A DNA stretch of 64,000 bases, from contig OZ220089.1 of NCBI GenBank assembly GCA_964291625.2, positions 2,656,001 through 2,720,000 of the forward strand, written 5' to 3'. Of this stretch, positions 20,275 to 29,374 are shown piece by piece; the first letter of the stretch is position 1, and each line of letters starts with the position of its first letter. Source of the stretch: Candidatus Latescibacterota bacterium. Its GTDB lineage: Bacteria; Latescibacterota; UBA2968; UBA8231. The notes under the pieces were generated by a model, which was not told where the DNA came from, did no database searches, and saw only the letters and a program-made list of their open reading frames with translations. Made by a program: the position numbers and the translations under genes.

Positions 20275-21780
20275 ATGGATACCTCCGCCGGCCGCCGCGA
20301 CGGCTTCCTCCTCCTGAACGGGATCGATGAGACCCACCACGCCGTCCGCCGCGTCTGCGAGGCCGAAAAGCACCCCAACAACCCGGTCCTGCCCCTCGGC
20401 GACATGCACGAGTGGGACTCCGCCCAGGCCCGCCCGTGGTCGTCGCCGACGGTCATCTGGGACGAGGAGGACCGCGTCTTCAAGGCCTGGTACTCCGGGT
20501 CCGACATCGCGCCGGAACGCTGGACCGCGGTCGGCTACGCCACCAGCCCCGACGGCGTGACCTGGGAGAAGCCGCGGCTGGGGCTGCACGAGTTCCGCGG
20601 GTCCCGCGACAACAACATCGTCGTCATGGGCTACGGACCCGTGATCAAGGACGCGGCCGAGCCGGACCCGGCCCGGCGCTACAAGATGATCCTGCGAGGG
20701 CCGAGGCCGCGCACCGACGGCGCCGTGGCTCCGGCGGCGGGGCCGGGCCGCGGAGTGCGGCTGAACTACTCGCCCGACGGCATCCACTGGACCGAGGGAC
20801 CGGACCTGCGCCTGCCGGAGTGGCGGGACCGCTCCCTCGCCTACGGCGACCCCGGCGCCCTGATCCGCGACGACCAGGAGCCCGATCCTTCGCGCCGGTT
20901 CAAGCTGGTGTGGCAGGCCCTGGTGCCGATGGACAAGCCCGACAAGGAGGGGGGGCGGGCGAAGTTCCTCTCCTATGGACCGGACATGGAGCACCTGCGG
21001 GCAGCGGACCACAACCCGATCCTCTCGCCCGCCGACGGTGTCGAGTACGACAACCACCACGTCATGCTGGCCCCCTACAGGGGTGCCTGGGCCATGCCCT
21101 ACGAGTTCGGCTGGTACGTGCCCAACGGCTACGGCGTCTACGGCACCTACTGCGCCGACGTGCGGCTGGCGGTCAGCGCCGACGGCGAGCGCTTCGAGCG
21201 GATCGACGCCCATCAGCCGCTGATCCCTCGCGGCGGCAACCAGGAGTGGGACGGCGGCCTGCTGGTGATCGCCGACAAGCCGGCCGTCCGGGACGGCGTG
21301 ATCCATCTCTTCTACGGCGGCAACGGCGAGGAGTGGACCAGCTGGCCCGGCGAGAACACGCCAGACCACTACCCCTACGGGAGCACCGGCCAGGTCCGCC
21401 TGTCGCGGCTGGGGCTGGCCACCCTGCGGGAAGACGGGTGGACCTGCCTCGAGTCAGCCGACCGCGAGGTCCCCGGCTGGGCGGTCACCACCCCCGTCGA
21501 CCGGACCGACCCCTCCACCTGCCTGACCGTGAACGTCGGGCAGGTGCGCCAGAACCGGAGCTGGATGGAGGTGGAGGTGCTGGACGCCGAGACGCTGGAG
21601 CCCCTGAAGGGCTTCCGGCGGGAGGACTGCCAGGACCTGTGCACCGACGGCTGGCGCCAGCAGGTGCGCTGGCGCGGGGGCGGGATTCGCGAGGTCGGGG
21701 GGGCGCGCTTCCGGCTGAAGTTCTGGCTCTATGGAGCCGCCCGGCTCTACGCCTACGGATTCGACGCCGCCGGAGGCTGA
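20275..21780 (+). CDS. Five-bladed beta-propeller glycosidase-like protein (GH32/43-like fold), function unknown
   Basis: KHPNNPVL, FKAWY, YATSPDGVTWEKP, RRYKM, SPDGIHW, LATLREDGW; paralog of 27030-28511. Confidence 0.75.
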   Translation: MDTSAGRRDGFLLLNGIDETHHAVRRVCEAEKHPNNPVLPLGDMHEWDSAQARPWSSPTVIWDEEDRVFKAWYSGSDIAPERWTAVGYATSPDGVTWEKPRLGLHEFRGSRDNNIVVMGYGPVIKDAAEPDPARRYKMILRGPRPRTDGAVAPAAGPGRGVRLNYSPDGIHWTEGPDLRLPEWRDRSLAYGDPGALIRDDQEPDPSRRFKLVWQALVPMDKPDKEGGRAKFLSYGPDMEHLRAADHNPILSPADGVEYDNHHVMLAPYRGAWAMPYEFGWYVPNGYGVYGTYCADVRLAVSADGERFERIDAHQPLIPRGGNQEWDGGLLVIADKPAVRDGVIHLFYGGNGEEWTSWPGENTPDHYPYGSTGQVRLSRLGLATLREDGWTCLESADREVPGWAVTTPVDRTDPSTCLTVNVGQVRQNRSWMEVEVLDAETLEPLKGFRREDCQDLCTDGWRQQVRWRGGGIREVGGARFRLKFWLYGAARLYAYGFDAAGG

Positions 21781-21842
21781 GCACGCCCCGGGAACGGGGC
21801 CGTGGATGTGGCGTGCCCCTGACCATCAGGCCGCGAAACACC

Positions 21843-22193
21843 GATCGATTGGCGCCGGGGTTACCCCCCGGTTCAGGTCTCGTGCCCGGCGCCACACCAA
21901 TCGAGTGGCGCCGGGGTCACCGCCGCCTCTGGTCTCCGTGCCAAGCGCCACGCTGTCCAGCAAGAGAGAGTGCGGGCCGGTGGCACCCCCAGGGCGGTGC
22001 CGGCGGCGCAGGCCGCGCCGGCGCGGCGCACTACGCCGGGCCGGGGTCAACAACTGTGCCCATCCGGAAGGCCCAGAGACCCGGGCGCAGCGAGGGGCTC
22101 GCCAACCCAACGAATCACCCTCAGGCGATAGATCCCCCAACCATGCCCGGCGTACGCGCCGCCAAGGCGCGGCCGGAGCCGCCGGCGCCGCCC
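21843..22193 (+). repeat. Structured intergenic element copy 2 (5' module duplicated; 202-bp core 21992-22193)
   Basis: Same core; the TGGCGCCGG...GCGCCAC hairpin module occurs twice (about 21843-21897 and 21899-21952). Lies between convergent genes. Confidence 0.92.
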
Positions 22194-22203
22194 AAAAGGC
22201 AGA

Positions 22204-23076
22204 TCACACCTCCCGGGGCGTGTACCTCGCCTCCCAGGCCCGCGCCTCGGGAAACCCGATCAACTCGTCCAGCTCCGCGAAGTCCGCCATCTCCCCCGCG
22301 ACCTCCCGCGTCGTCCCCTGTTCCTTCAACGCCCTGAGCGTCTTCTGGATCGACCGGATGCAGCCGAGGATCAGCGAGTGCGGATAGGCGGCGATCCTGA
22401 ACCCTATCTCCTGGAGCTCGGCCGTTGAGAGGAAGGGAGTCTTCCCTCCCTCGATCAGGTTCGCCATGGTGGGGACGCCGAAGGAGCCGGCCGCGGCCCT
22501 GAGCTCCTCCAACGTGGTTGGCGCCTCGAGGAAGACGACGTCCGCCCCCGCCCGCTCGTAGAGCTTGCCCCGCTTCACCGCCTCCTCCAGTCCCATCACC
22601 GCGATGGCGTCGGTGCGCGCGACGATCAGGAAGTCGTCGCTGCGCCGGGAGTGGGCGGCCGCCTCCACCTTGAGCGCCATCTCCTCCGCCCCGATCAGCC
22701 GCTTGCCCGGGGTGTGGCCGCACTTCTTCGGCATCTCCTGGTCCTCGATCTGGATCGCCTGGGCGCCGGCCTGCTCGTACTCCTGGACCGTCCGCCGCAT
22801 GTTGAGGGCGTTTCCGTAACCGGTGTCGCCGTCGGCGAGGACGGGAATGCCGACGCAGCGGACCAGGTTGTGGACCCGCTCCAGCATCTCGGAGAACGTG
22901 GCCAGACCGGCGTCGGGGAGCCCCACGTGGGAAGCCACGTGGGCGTAGCCGCCGAGGTAGACGGCCTCGAAGCCGGCCCGCTCGATGAGGCGGGCCGAGA
23001 TCATGTCGTAGCAGCAGGGCGCGACCAGGATCCGGTCGCGGGCGAGGAGTTGCTTGAGTGTGGTCTGGTCTTGCAT
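22204..23076 (-). CDS. Isocitrate lyase/PEP mutase family (methylisocitrate/dimethylmalate lyase-like)
   Basis: LPDAGL, DGDTGYG, IEDQEMPKKCGH, IVARTDA; start MQDQ. Confidence 0.92.
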   Translation of the reverse strand: MQDQTTLKQLLARDRILVAPCCYDMISARLIERAGFEAVYLGGYAHVASHVGLPDAGLATFSEMLERVHNLVRCVGIPVLADGDTGYGNALNMRRTVQEYEQAGAQAIQIEDQEMPKKCGHTPGKRLIGAEEMALKVEAAAHSRRSDDFLIVARTDAIAVMGLEEAVKRGKLYERAGADVVFLEAPTTLEELRAAAGSFGVPTMANLIEGGKTPFLSTAELQEIGFRIAAYPHSLILGCIRSIQKTLRALKEQGTTREVAGEMADFAELDELIGFPEARAWEARYTPREV

Positions 23077-23289
23077 GGCGCCTCGGATCGGGGGATAGGA
23101 TGGGGACACTGTCGCTGCTCAGCCAGGAGCGGGCAAGAGTCGGAAGGTGAAGGGTGCGAGGAGGGTGCTGGATCGGGTCCTTGCACCAAGACCGGTCCGG
23201 GCGTAATTCGGAAGTAACTTGACTGCCGGAAAAGCGCCGCCTAACGTAGGCAATCTCCAGCCAAGTGCAACGAATTAAGGATCAAAGAG

Positions 23290-24903
23290 ATGCAGATTTC
23301 ATATGCCATTGAGAACATCAGGCGCCTGAGCCGTGTTCCTGAAATCGAAATGCGGCCAATTACAATTCTGGTCGGCAGGAACAGTGCCGGGAAGAGTACC
23401 TTTCTGCGGTCACTTCCGCTCATCCGTCAGTCGTTGGAGACTCGTAGCAGCGCACCAATACTCTGGTTTGGTGACCTAGTGGATTTTGGCGATCCAACTA
23501 CCGCAATCGGGGAAGGAAAGGAAGTAAAGCAAGCTGCCTTTAGCTTCTCGGTCAGTGGAATACAGGAGAGATACTTCCCGAGGTACTATGACCACACCGG
23601 ATACTATACCGTGCCCGAATCGGTTGAAGTGCGACGGGTTTGGATTCGGTATGTAATTGGCACACGGGGAGATGAGACCGTATTGGAGAGCATACAGATC
23701 AGGATCCCGGACGAGAAGATAGACGTTTCGTTTGACATTGGTAGTCAGGAAGAGTCCTTTGGGCAGATTAGAATCAACGGGGTGCCCGCAGACTTCCTTA
23801 CCGAAGGGTATGAGGTCAGGACGATGGACCGCAGCCTCTTTGCGCCACCCATAGTCACCGTCAAGACAGTGGAAAAGGAGGGCAAGTCCAGAAGGGTGCC
23901 GAGGAGGCAGAATGTGCTTGCTGAGGCGCTAGCAGATGTCTTCCGACGCCAGACCACAAGGCACCTTAGTGACGCCAGATTTCAGCATGAAGTGCGGAGA
24001 GTACTGTCGAAGAGCCCTTTTGATGACCAGAGAATCGAGAGGTTGATGCAAACCTCGGGTACAGCAACCTTTCGGGAGATCTACCAGCGGCTGTTGTCGG
24101 ATGAAGAGAGTGATTTCGTAACAGAGGTATTCTCAATTCAACGTCTCTCAAGGGTGTGTGTGGTATTGGATGTCCTAGGGGATAGACTATCGGAGTACTT
24201 CCTCAACGTGGGTTACTTGGGCCCTGTTAGGGCTGCCAGCGAGCGCTACTACCGAAGGCAGGAGTTGGAGGTCTCAGAGATAGCTCCAAACGGCTCCAAC
24301 TTTCCCATGTTCCTGGCATCGTTGACACGGCCGGAACTAGAGAGTTTTTCCCGTTGGGTCGAAGGCATTTTCAGTTACGGGGTTCGGGTTCGACGAACTA
24401 GCGGGCACATTAGCATCGAGTTAGTTTCGCAGGGGAGGTCTGTGAATGTGACAGACACAGGCTATGGCGTCTCCCAGATATTGCCAGTGCTCGGAATGTT
24501 GTGGTGGGCGGTTAACCATCCGCCGCGTACTACCCACTGGCGGCGACCTAGAAGGGTAGGGGTACGCACCCTTGCGATCGAGCAGCCGGAGTTGCACCTA
24601 CATCCTGCGCATCAGGCCAAGCTGGCGGATGTGTTTGCATCCACAGTCGGGAACTCCGATGGCAGGTCAAGCTCGGCGCGCAGACTCGGAATTAGACTGG
24701 TTGTCGAGACCCACAGTGAGGCTCTAATCAACCGGCTGGGCGAGCTCGTAGAGGAAGGGAAAGTAGACGCGGGTGCCATCCAGATCGTGGTCTTCTCGGC
24801 TGATGAGGATTTGGCCTCCGCGACTAAGGTATCACTATCCAGATTTGATGATAGCGGAGCCCTAAGTGACTGGCCGTATGGATTCTTCAAGTACTCAGAG
24901 TGA
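23290..24903 (+). CDS. ABC-type ATPase (AAA_15/AAA_21-like) with DUF3696-like C-terminus
   Basis: Walker A GRNSAGKS, YLGPVR, signature GYGVSQ, Walker B IEQPELHLHP, ETHSE, terminal WPYGFF; visibly lower GC than the flanks. Confidence 0.88.
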   Translation: MQISYAIENIRRLSRVPEIEMRPITILVGRNSAGKSTFLRSLPLIRQSLETRSSAPILWFGDLVDFGDPTTAIGEGKEVKQAAFSFSVSGIQERYFPRYYDHTGYYTVPESVEVRRVWIRYVIGTRGDETVLESIQIRIPDEKIDVSFDIGSQEESFGQIRINGVPADFLTEGYEVRTMDRSLFAPPIVTVKTVEKEGKSRRVPRRQNVLAEALADVFRRQTTRHLSDARFQHEVRRVLSKSPFDDQRIERLMQTSGTATFREIYQRLLSDEESDFVTEVFSIQRLSRVCVVLDVLGDRLSEYFLNVGYLGPVRAASERYYRRQELEVSEIAPNGSNFPMFLASLTRPELESFSRWVEGIFSYGVRVRRTSGHISIELVSQGRSVNVTDTGYGVSQILPVLGMLWWAVNHPPRTTHWRRPRRVGVRTLAIEQPELHLHPAHQAKLADVFASTVGNSDGRSSSARRLGIRLVVETHSEALINRLGELVEEGKVDAGAIQIVVFSADEDLASATKVSLSRFDDSGALSDWPYGFFKYSE

Positions 24904-26000
24904 TGATCTACCAACTGGACTGCACTAGGGAAGAACTGGCCAGTGCGAGCCGGGATGAGTTGGAAGATGTCTTTTCGAGACTGGTTGATGCGGATCGGGC
25001 AGGGCGGCACTTCTTTATTGTGAGAAGAGATCTGTGTGAATGGGCAAGGAGGAACCTCAGACTCTCTAGATTGGATAGTGCTCGGCTAGCGACTATCAAG
25101 GAAGAGTACGCGATACGGGGGGCTCTTCTGGAAGACAGTCATGTCTGTGTCAAGGTGAGAATAGGCAATTCGGGGGTTAGGTGTGATAGAGGGTTAGGGT
25201 TCTCGATTGGCCATGAGTGCCTAGTCTCCGGGGAGTACTTATTGGTGAGTGCCGGATTTGTCGTTGAGGATTTGACATCAGACGGAAAGGTGTATGACCA
25301 GATATTGAGGGAAGCATTGAAGGTCTCGAAGGTGCCGTCATATAGGGTTGAATTCATACATGGAGGGGGTTCTCAGGTTGGGGAGATCTTTGAGGCGGAG
25401 ATTGGGAAGGGCAGGGTGGTGGTGTGTGTTGTTGATCATGACCGATTGGCGCCTATGGATAGTAAGTCAGCGGGCGCTCGGCAGATACTGCTCATTCAGA
25501 CTCAAAGGAATGAGAGCCCTGGTGGTGGCCGAGGGAGTTTCATAGGGTTGGGGACCACCACTGTTGGGCGAGAGGTAGAGAACCACATTCCGTATCATCT
25601 CATAAAGGGAATGTGGGACATGAACTATCGCCACTTCGCTGAACTCGACAGAATCGTCGCTCAAGTGGGTTGCGTGCGGAAGGAGGATTGCTTTTGGCAG
25701 TATTTCGACATCAAGGAAGGCCTCTGTGGGGAAGAACTGATGAAGTTGCTGGGTGGGGAAAAGATTTCACAAGATGTGATCGAGTGGATCTGTGGTAGAG
25801 TCGGATGTGATATTGAGGAGTTGGCGAGTGTTCAGATTGATGGATTCGGAGATAGGGTGGTGAAACTCTTTCTAGGGAGTCCGCAGGCACTGGCGGGGTT
25901 TCACGAATTTGTGCGGTCTGAGTACTGGCAGTCTATGTACGCGGGATTCTACGAGAGGCTTCTGTGGTTCTGCGCTGCTCCACGCGCAGTTCGAACATAA
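24903..26000 (+). CDS. TOPRIM-like putative nuclease, partner of the ATPase
   Basis: TGATG overlap with the ATPase; FVVED..D, HGGG, VVDHD and REVENHIP resemble OLD/DUF4435 TOPRIM motifs; low GC. Confidence 0.6.
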   Translation: MIYQLDCTREELASASRDELEDVFSRLVDADRAGRHFFIVRRDLCEWARRNLRLSRLDSARLATIKEEYAIRGALLEDSHVCVKVRIGNSGVRCDRGLGFSIGHECLVSGEYLLVSAGFVVEDLTSDGKVYDQILREALKVSKVPSYRVEFIHGGGSQVGEIFEAEIGKGRVVVCVVDHDRLAPMDSKSAGARQILLIQTQRNESPGGGRGSFIGLGTTTVGREVENHIPYHLIKGMWDMNYRHFAELDRIVAQVGCVRKEDCFWQYFDIKEGLCGEELMKLLGGEKISQDVIEWICGRVGCDIEELASVQIDGFGDRVVKLFLGSPQALAGFHEFVRSEYWQSMYAGFYERLLWFCAAPRAVRT

Positions 26001-26172
26001 GAAGCCCTGAGGACGAAGAGTGACTGGCTGAGACAGTCAGACCATCACAGCGCACGCTGGCTATCGTGTGATTGTGTAGTTCTTGGGGGGGAGGGTAGTG
26101 GGGCGGAGAGGTCTTGGGGGGGATGTGGTTGCCGTCTCTGGATTGGGCAAGCCCGCTTGGAGCGTCCCAAGC

Positions 26173-26916
26173 TCAGTCGCCCGGGAAGTGCCCCTTGTAC
26201 TCAAGACCCAGCAGCTCCCGCGAGCGGGCGACGTTGCAGTGCCGGTCCGCCTCCGGGTGGCTGGCGGTGTGCATGATGTCGAAGTCGATCGTCTCGGACT
26301 CGAGGGCCAGGTGGCAGGCCTCGGCCAGATCGTGCCGGCAGACCCAACTGATGCCGCCGCGGGCGGGGGAACCGTCCCGGGTGATCCCCAGCCGGCTGTC
26401 ACCGATGCTGGCCGGACGGAAGATGATGATGCGCAGGCCGTAGGCGTCGTGAAACTGGCGGCACATCTCCTCCTGCAGGCGCTTGGTGATGCCGTAGAGG
26501 GTGCCTTCCTTGCTGCGCACGTCCGACGACAGGAACACGCCGTCCGGATGCTGGACCACGCAGGAGCTCATGTGCACGACCCGCCTGAGCCCGTGCCGCC
26601 GGGCCGACTCCAGGACGTTCCACATCCCCTTGAGGTTGATGAGGAAGGGGTTCACGTCGTCCTCGTGGGGGCCCTCGTACCCGAAGTAGGCGGCCAGGTG
26701 GACGACACCGTCCATGCCATCCAGGGTCCTGTGGACGGCGTGGAAGTCGGCGAGGTCCCCGTAGTGCCTGTCGCCCTCCCAGTCCCCGTCGAAGCGGTGG
26801 TACACCGACCAGGCCTCCGGGCTGTGGTCGAAGGCGCGCACCTCGTGGCGGCCGGCGAAGTTCTCCAGCACGGCGCGGCCGGCCCACCCCGCGGCGCCCA
26901 TGACGGCGACCTTCAT
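26173..26916 (-). CDS. NAD-dependent epimerase/dehydratase
   Basis: MKVAVMGAAGWAG, VVHLAA, MSS, YGITK (YxxxK). Confidence 0.9.
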   Translation of the reverse strand: MKVAVMGAAGWAGRAVLENFAGRHEVRAFDHSPEAWSVYHRFDGDWEGDRHYGDLADFHAVHRTLDGMDGVVHLAAYFGYEGPHEDDVNPFLINLKGMWNVLESARRHGLRRVVHMSSCVVQHPDGVFLSSDVRSKEGTLYGITKRLQEEMCRQFHDAYGLRIIIFRPASIGDSRLGITRDGSPARGGISWVCRHDLAEACHLALESETIDFDIMHTASHPEADRHCNVARSRELLGLEYKGHFPGD

Positions 26917-27029
26917 GATGGTCTCTCCCCTCCCCGAATTACGCTGGTGTCGAAGGCTACAATAGAGAGCCCCTTCCGGGCTCTCAAGGCGGTTGGCCCT
27001 CGATCGTCGGAAGGATAGATTGACCCGCC

Positions 27030-28511
27030 ATGTCGCGCCCAACGAGAAGCGCTGAAGTCATGACAGTGCACATCGGCGGCGAGCGGCAGCTCTTCCTCGA
27101 CGACCACGTCACCGAGGGGCTGGACGGGCTCGAGCGGGTCCTGCAGCGGCCCTCGAAGCTGGACAGGCCGGTCCTGGAAGGCGACGAGCCCTGGGAAGGG
27201 AGCACGGCCGCCATCATCGGCAACTCCCTGCACCACGACGAGGACGAGGGCCTGTTCAAGGCGTGGTACGACACCGCCGCGGGCGTCGCCCATGCCACGT
27301 CGCGGGACGGTCTCCAGTGGGAGAAGCCGAGGCTCGGGATCCTTGAGCATGACGGATCGACGGCGAACAACCTCGTCAGCCCCGGCCGGAACTTCAGCGT
27401 CGTCAAGGATCCGCGGGAGGGAGACCCGTCGCGGCGCTACAAGGCGATGTACTGGCATACGCGGAGGGACCCCGAGGCGCCCTGGGGCGGCAAGGGCCAC
27501 TTCGTGGCATACTCCCCCGATGGTGTGCACTGGACTCCGGAGGCGCGGAACCCCGTCGCCGACTTCCGCAACGGGCTGACGGATGGCCAGTTCGTCCTCG
27601 GCTGGGACGCCGCCCACGGCAAGTATGTCGCCTACATGCGGCCCAGCGTCTGGTTCTTCGAGCCCGACAAGAGGACCTCCGCCTGGGTCGCCAGCGACGA
27701 CTTCATCGACTGGGGCCCGGCAGTCCTGGCCGTTGCGCCCGACGAGTCGGACGCGCCCGAAGTCGAGTACTACCGGATGACGGTGGCGAAGTACGAGGGC
27801 ATCTACCTGGGCTTCATCTGGGTGTACCACAACGACGAGGTGGAGTTCGGGGACCAGTCCCGCAACACGGTTCTGGCCGTGAGCCGGGACGGCATCACCT
27901 GGAGCAAGCCCTTCGGGAGCGAGACCTTCCTCGAAACGGGGGAAGCCGGCGAGTGGGACTCTCGATGGGCGGGGGTCTGCAACATGATCCCCGTCGACGA
28001 CGAGCTGCGGCTGTACTACTCCGGCGCCAACATACCGCACAACGTCCTGGCCGAGGGTGGGGGCCGGGGCTCGGTGCGGGACTGGCCGGGCCGGGTGATC
28101 GACGGCGAGCGCCGGGCCTACGCCGTGGGCGTCGCCAGACTGAGGCGGGACGGCTTCGCGGCCCTCCGCCCGAGGTCTGGCGAGGGGATGCTGACGACCA
28201 GGCCGCTGACCTTCCTCGGCACCAGGCTTCACCTGAACGTGGACAGCTCGGCGGGCAGCGTGGAGGTGGAGGTGACGGACGAGGGAGGCGAACCGCTGGA
28301 AGGCTATTCCCGTGGCGACTGTGTACCCATCTCGACCGACTCGACGGACTTCAGGGTGAAGTGGAGGGGGGACAGGGATCTCGTCCATGCTACCGATACG
28401 GCGGCGGATCTCGGCGGTGACATGCTGGCTTTCAGGTCCAGGCTGAGGAAGCCGGTGAGGCTGCGGTTCCATCTTTGGGATGCGAGCCTGTACTCGTTCC
28501 GGATCGGTTGA
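27030..28511 (+). CDS. Five-bladed beta-propeller glycosidase-like protein, function unknown
   Basis: RQLFLDD, FKAWY, HATSRDGLQWEKP, SPDGVHW, ARLRRDGF; start could be 27060. Confidence 0.78.
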   Translation: MSRPTRSAEVMTVHIGGERQLFLDDHVTEGLDGLERVLQRPSKLDRPVLEGDEPWEGSTAAIIGNSLHHDEDEGLFKAWYDTAAGVAHATSRDGLQWEKPRLGILEHDGSTANNLVSPGRNFSVVKDPREGDPSRRYKAMYWHTRRDPEAPWGGKGHFVAYSPDGVHWTPEARNPVADFRNGLTDGQFVLGWDAAHGKYVAYMRPSVWFFEPDKRTSAWVASDDFIDWGPAVLAVAPDESDAPEVEYYRMTVAKYEGIYLGFIWVYHNDEVEFGDQSRNTVLAVSRDGITWSKPFGSETFLETGEAGEWDSRWAGVCNMIPVDDELRLYYSGANIPHNVLAEGGGRGSVRDWPGRVIDGERRAYAVGVARLRRDGFAALRPRSGEGMLTTRPLTFLGTRLHLNVDSSAGSVEVEVTDEGGEPLEGYSRGDCVPISTDSTDFRVKWRGDRDLVHATDTAADLGGDMLAFRSRLRKPVRLRFHLWDASLYSFRIG

Positions 28512-28528
28512 TCGAGAGGGATTGCACC

Positions 28529-29374
28529 ATGCAATTCAGCGAGCAACAACTGGAGCAGTACCGCACCCTCGGCTACGTCATCGTCGACTGCCCTTTCCCC
28601 GAGAGCCTGACCGAGGCATGCATGGCGGCGGTCGAGAGGGCGGCCCGGGACCCCTCGGAGGGTCCGGCCGACGGCAGCAAGAGGAATCACCATCGACTGC
28701 GCCCCCAGGTCGAGGACTCCTACTGGTGCGCCCTCGATCACTCCCTGCCGTTTGTGCGGATCATCCTGCATCCGGAGATCATCGAGTTGGCCCGCCAGCT
28801 GAACGGAGTGAGCGACATCTACCTGCGCAACGGCGGCATCAACGAGCAGGCGCCGAACCGGTCGGTGGGGTGGCACATCGACGGGGGGCCCGGCTGGGCG
28901 GAGTTCATGCACTACTTCTCCGGCGCTTCGCGGGAGAACGGGTGTCTGCGCATCGTGCCGGGCAGCCAGAACGGACCGCCTGACTCTCTGCAGGAGAGAG
29001 CCGCCCGCCTCAGGGATGCACGGGGGATCCCCGGGTCCCAGGCCGACGACGGCTGGGAGGATGTTCCCCTCGACGAGGAGATCTCCCTCGAGGTGGAGCC
29101 CCACCAGCTGATCGTGCGGCATTCGTGGCTGTTTCACGCGACCTGGCTCAACCGCACGAACGAGGGCCGGTACATGAGCCACTGGCTGTTCCATCCCCAC
29201 ACGGTGGACAACCACCGCTTCACCTGGGGGGACTACCTGACCCCCGAGCTGCTCGATTCGCTGAGCCCGGAGCAGCGGGAGGTGCTGTGGCTGGAGCGGG
29301 ACTTCGACATCGACCCCGCGTACGACAGGGAGCGGTCGCGCGAGCTGGGACGGGTGAAGTGGGGCGTCGTGTGA
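28529..29374 (+). CDS. Phytanoyl-CoA dioxygenase family protein
   Basis: YRTLGYVIV, WHID, NGCLRIVPGS, LFHA...R. Confidence 0.85.
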   Translation: MQFSEQQLEQYRTLGYVIVDCPFPESLTEACMAAVERAARDPSEGPADGSKRNHHRLRPQVEDSYWCALDHSLPFVRIILHPEIIELARQLNGVSDIYLRNGGINEQAPNRSVGWHIDGGPGWAEFMHYFSGASRENGCLRIVPGSQNGPPDSLQERAARLRDARGIPGSQADDGWEDVPLDEEISLEVEPHQLIVRHSWLFHATWLNRTNEGRYMSHWLFHPHTVDNHRFTWGDYLTPELLDSLSPEQREVLWLERDFDIDPAYDRERSRELGRVKWGVV

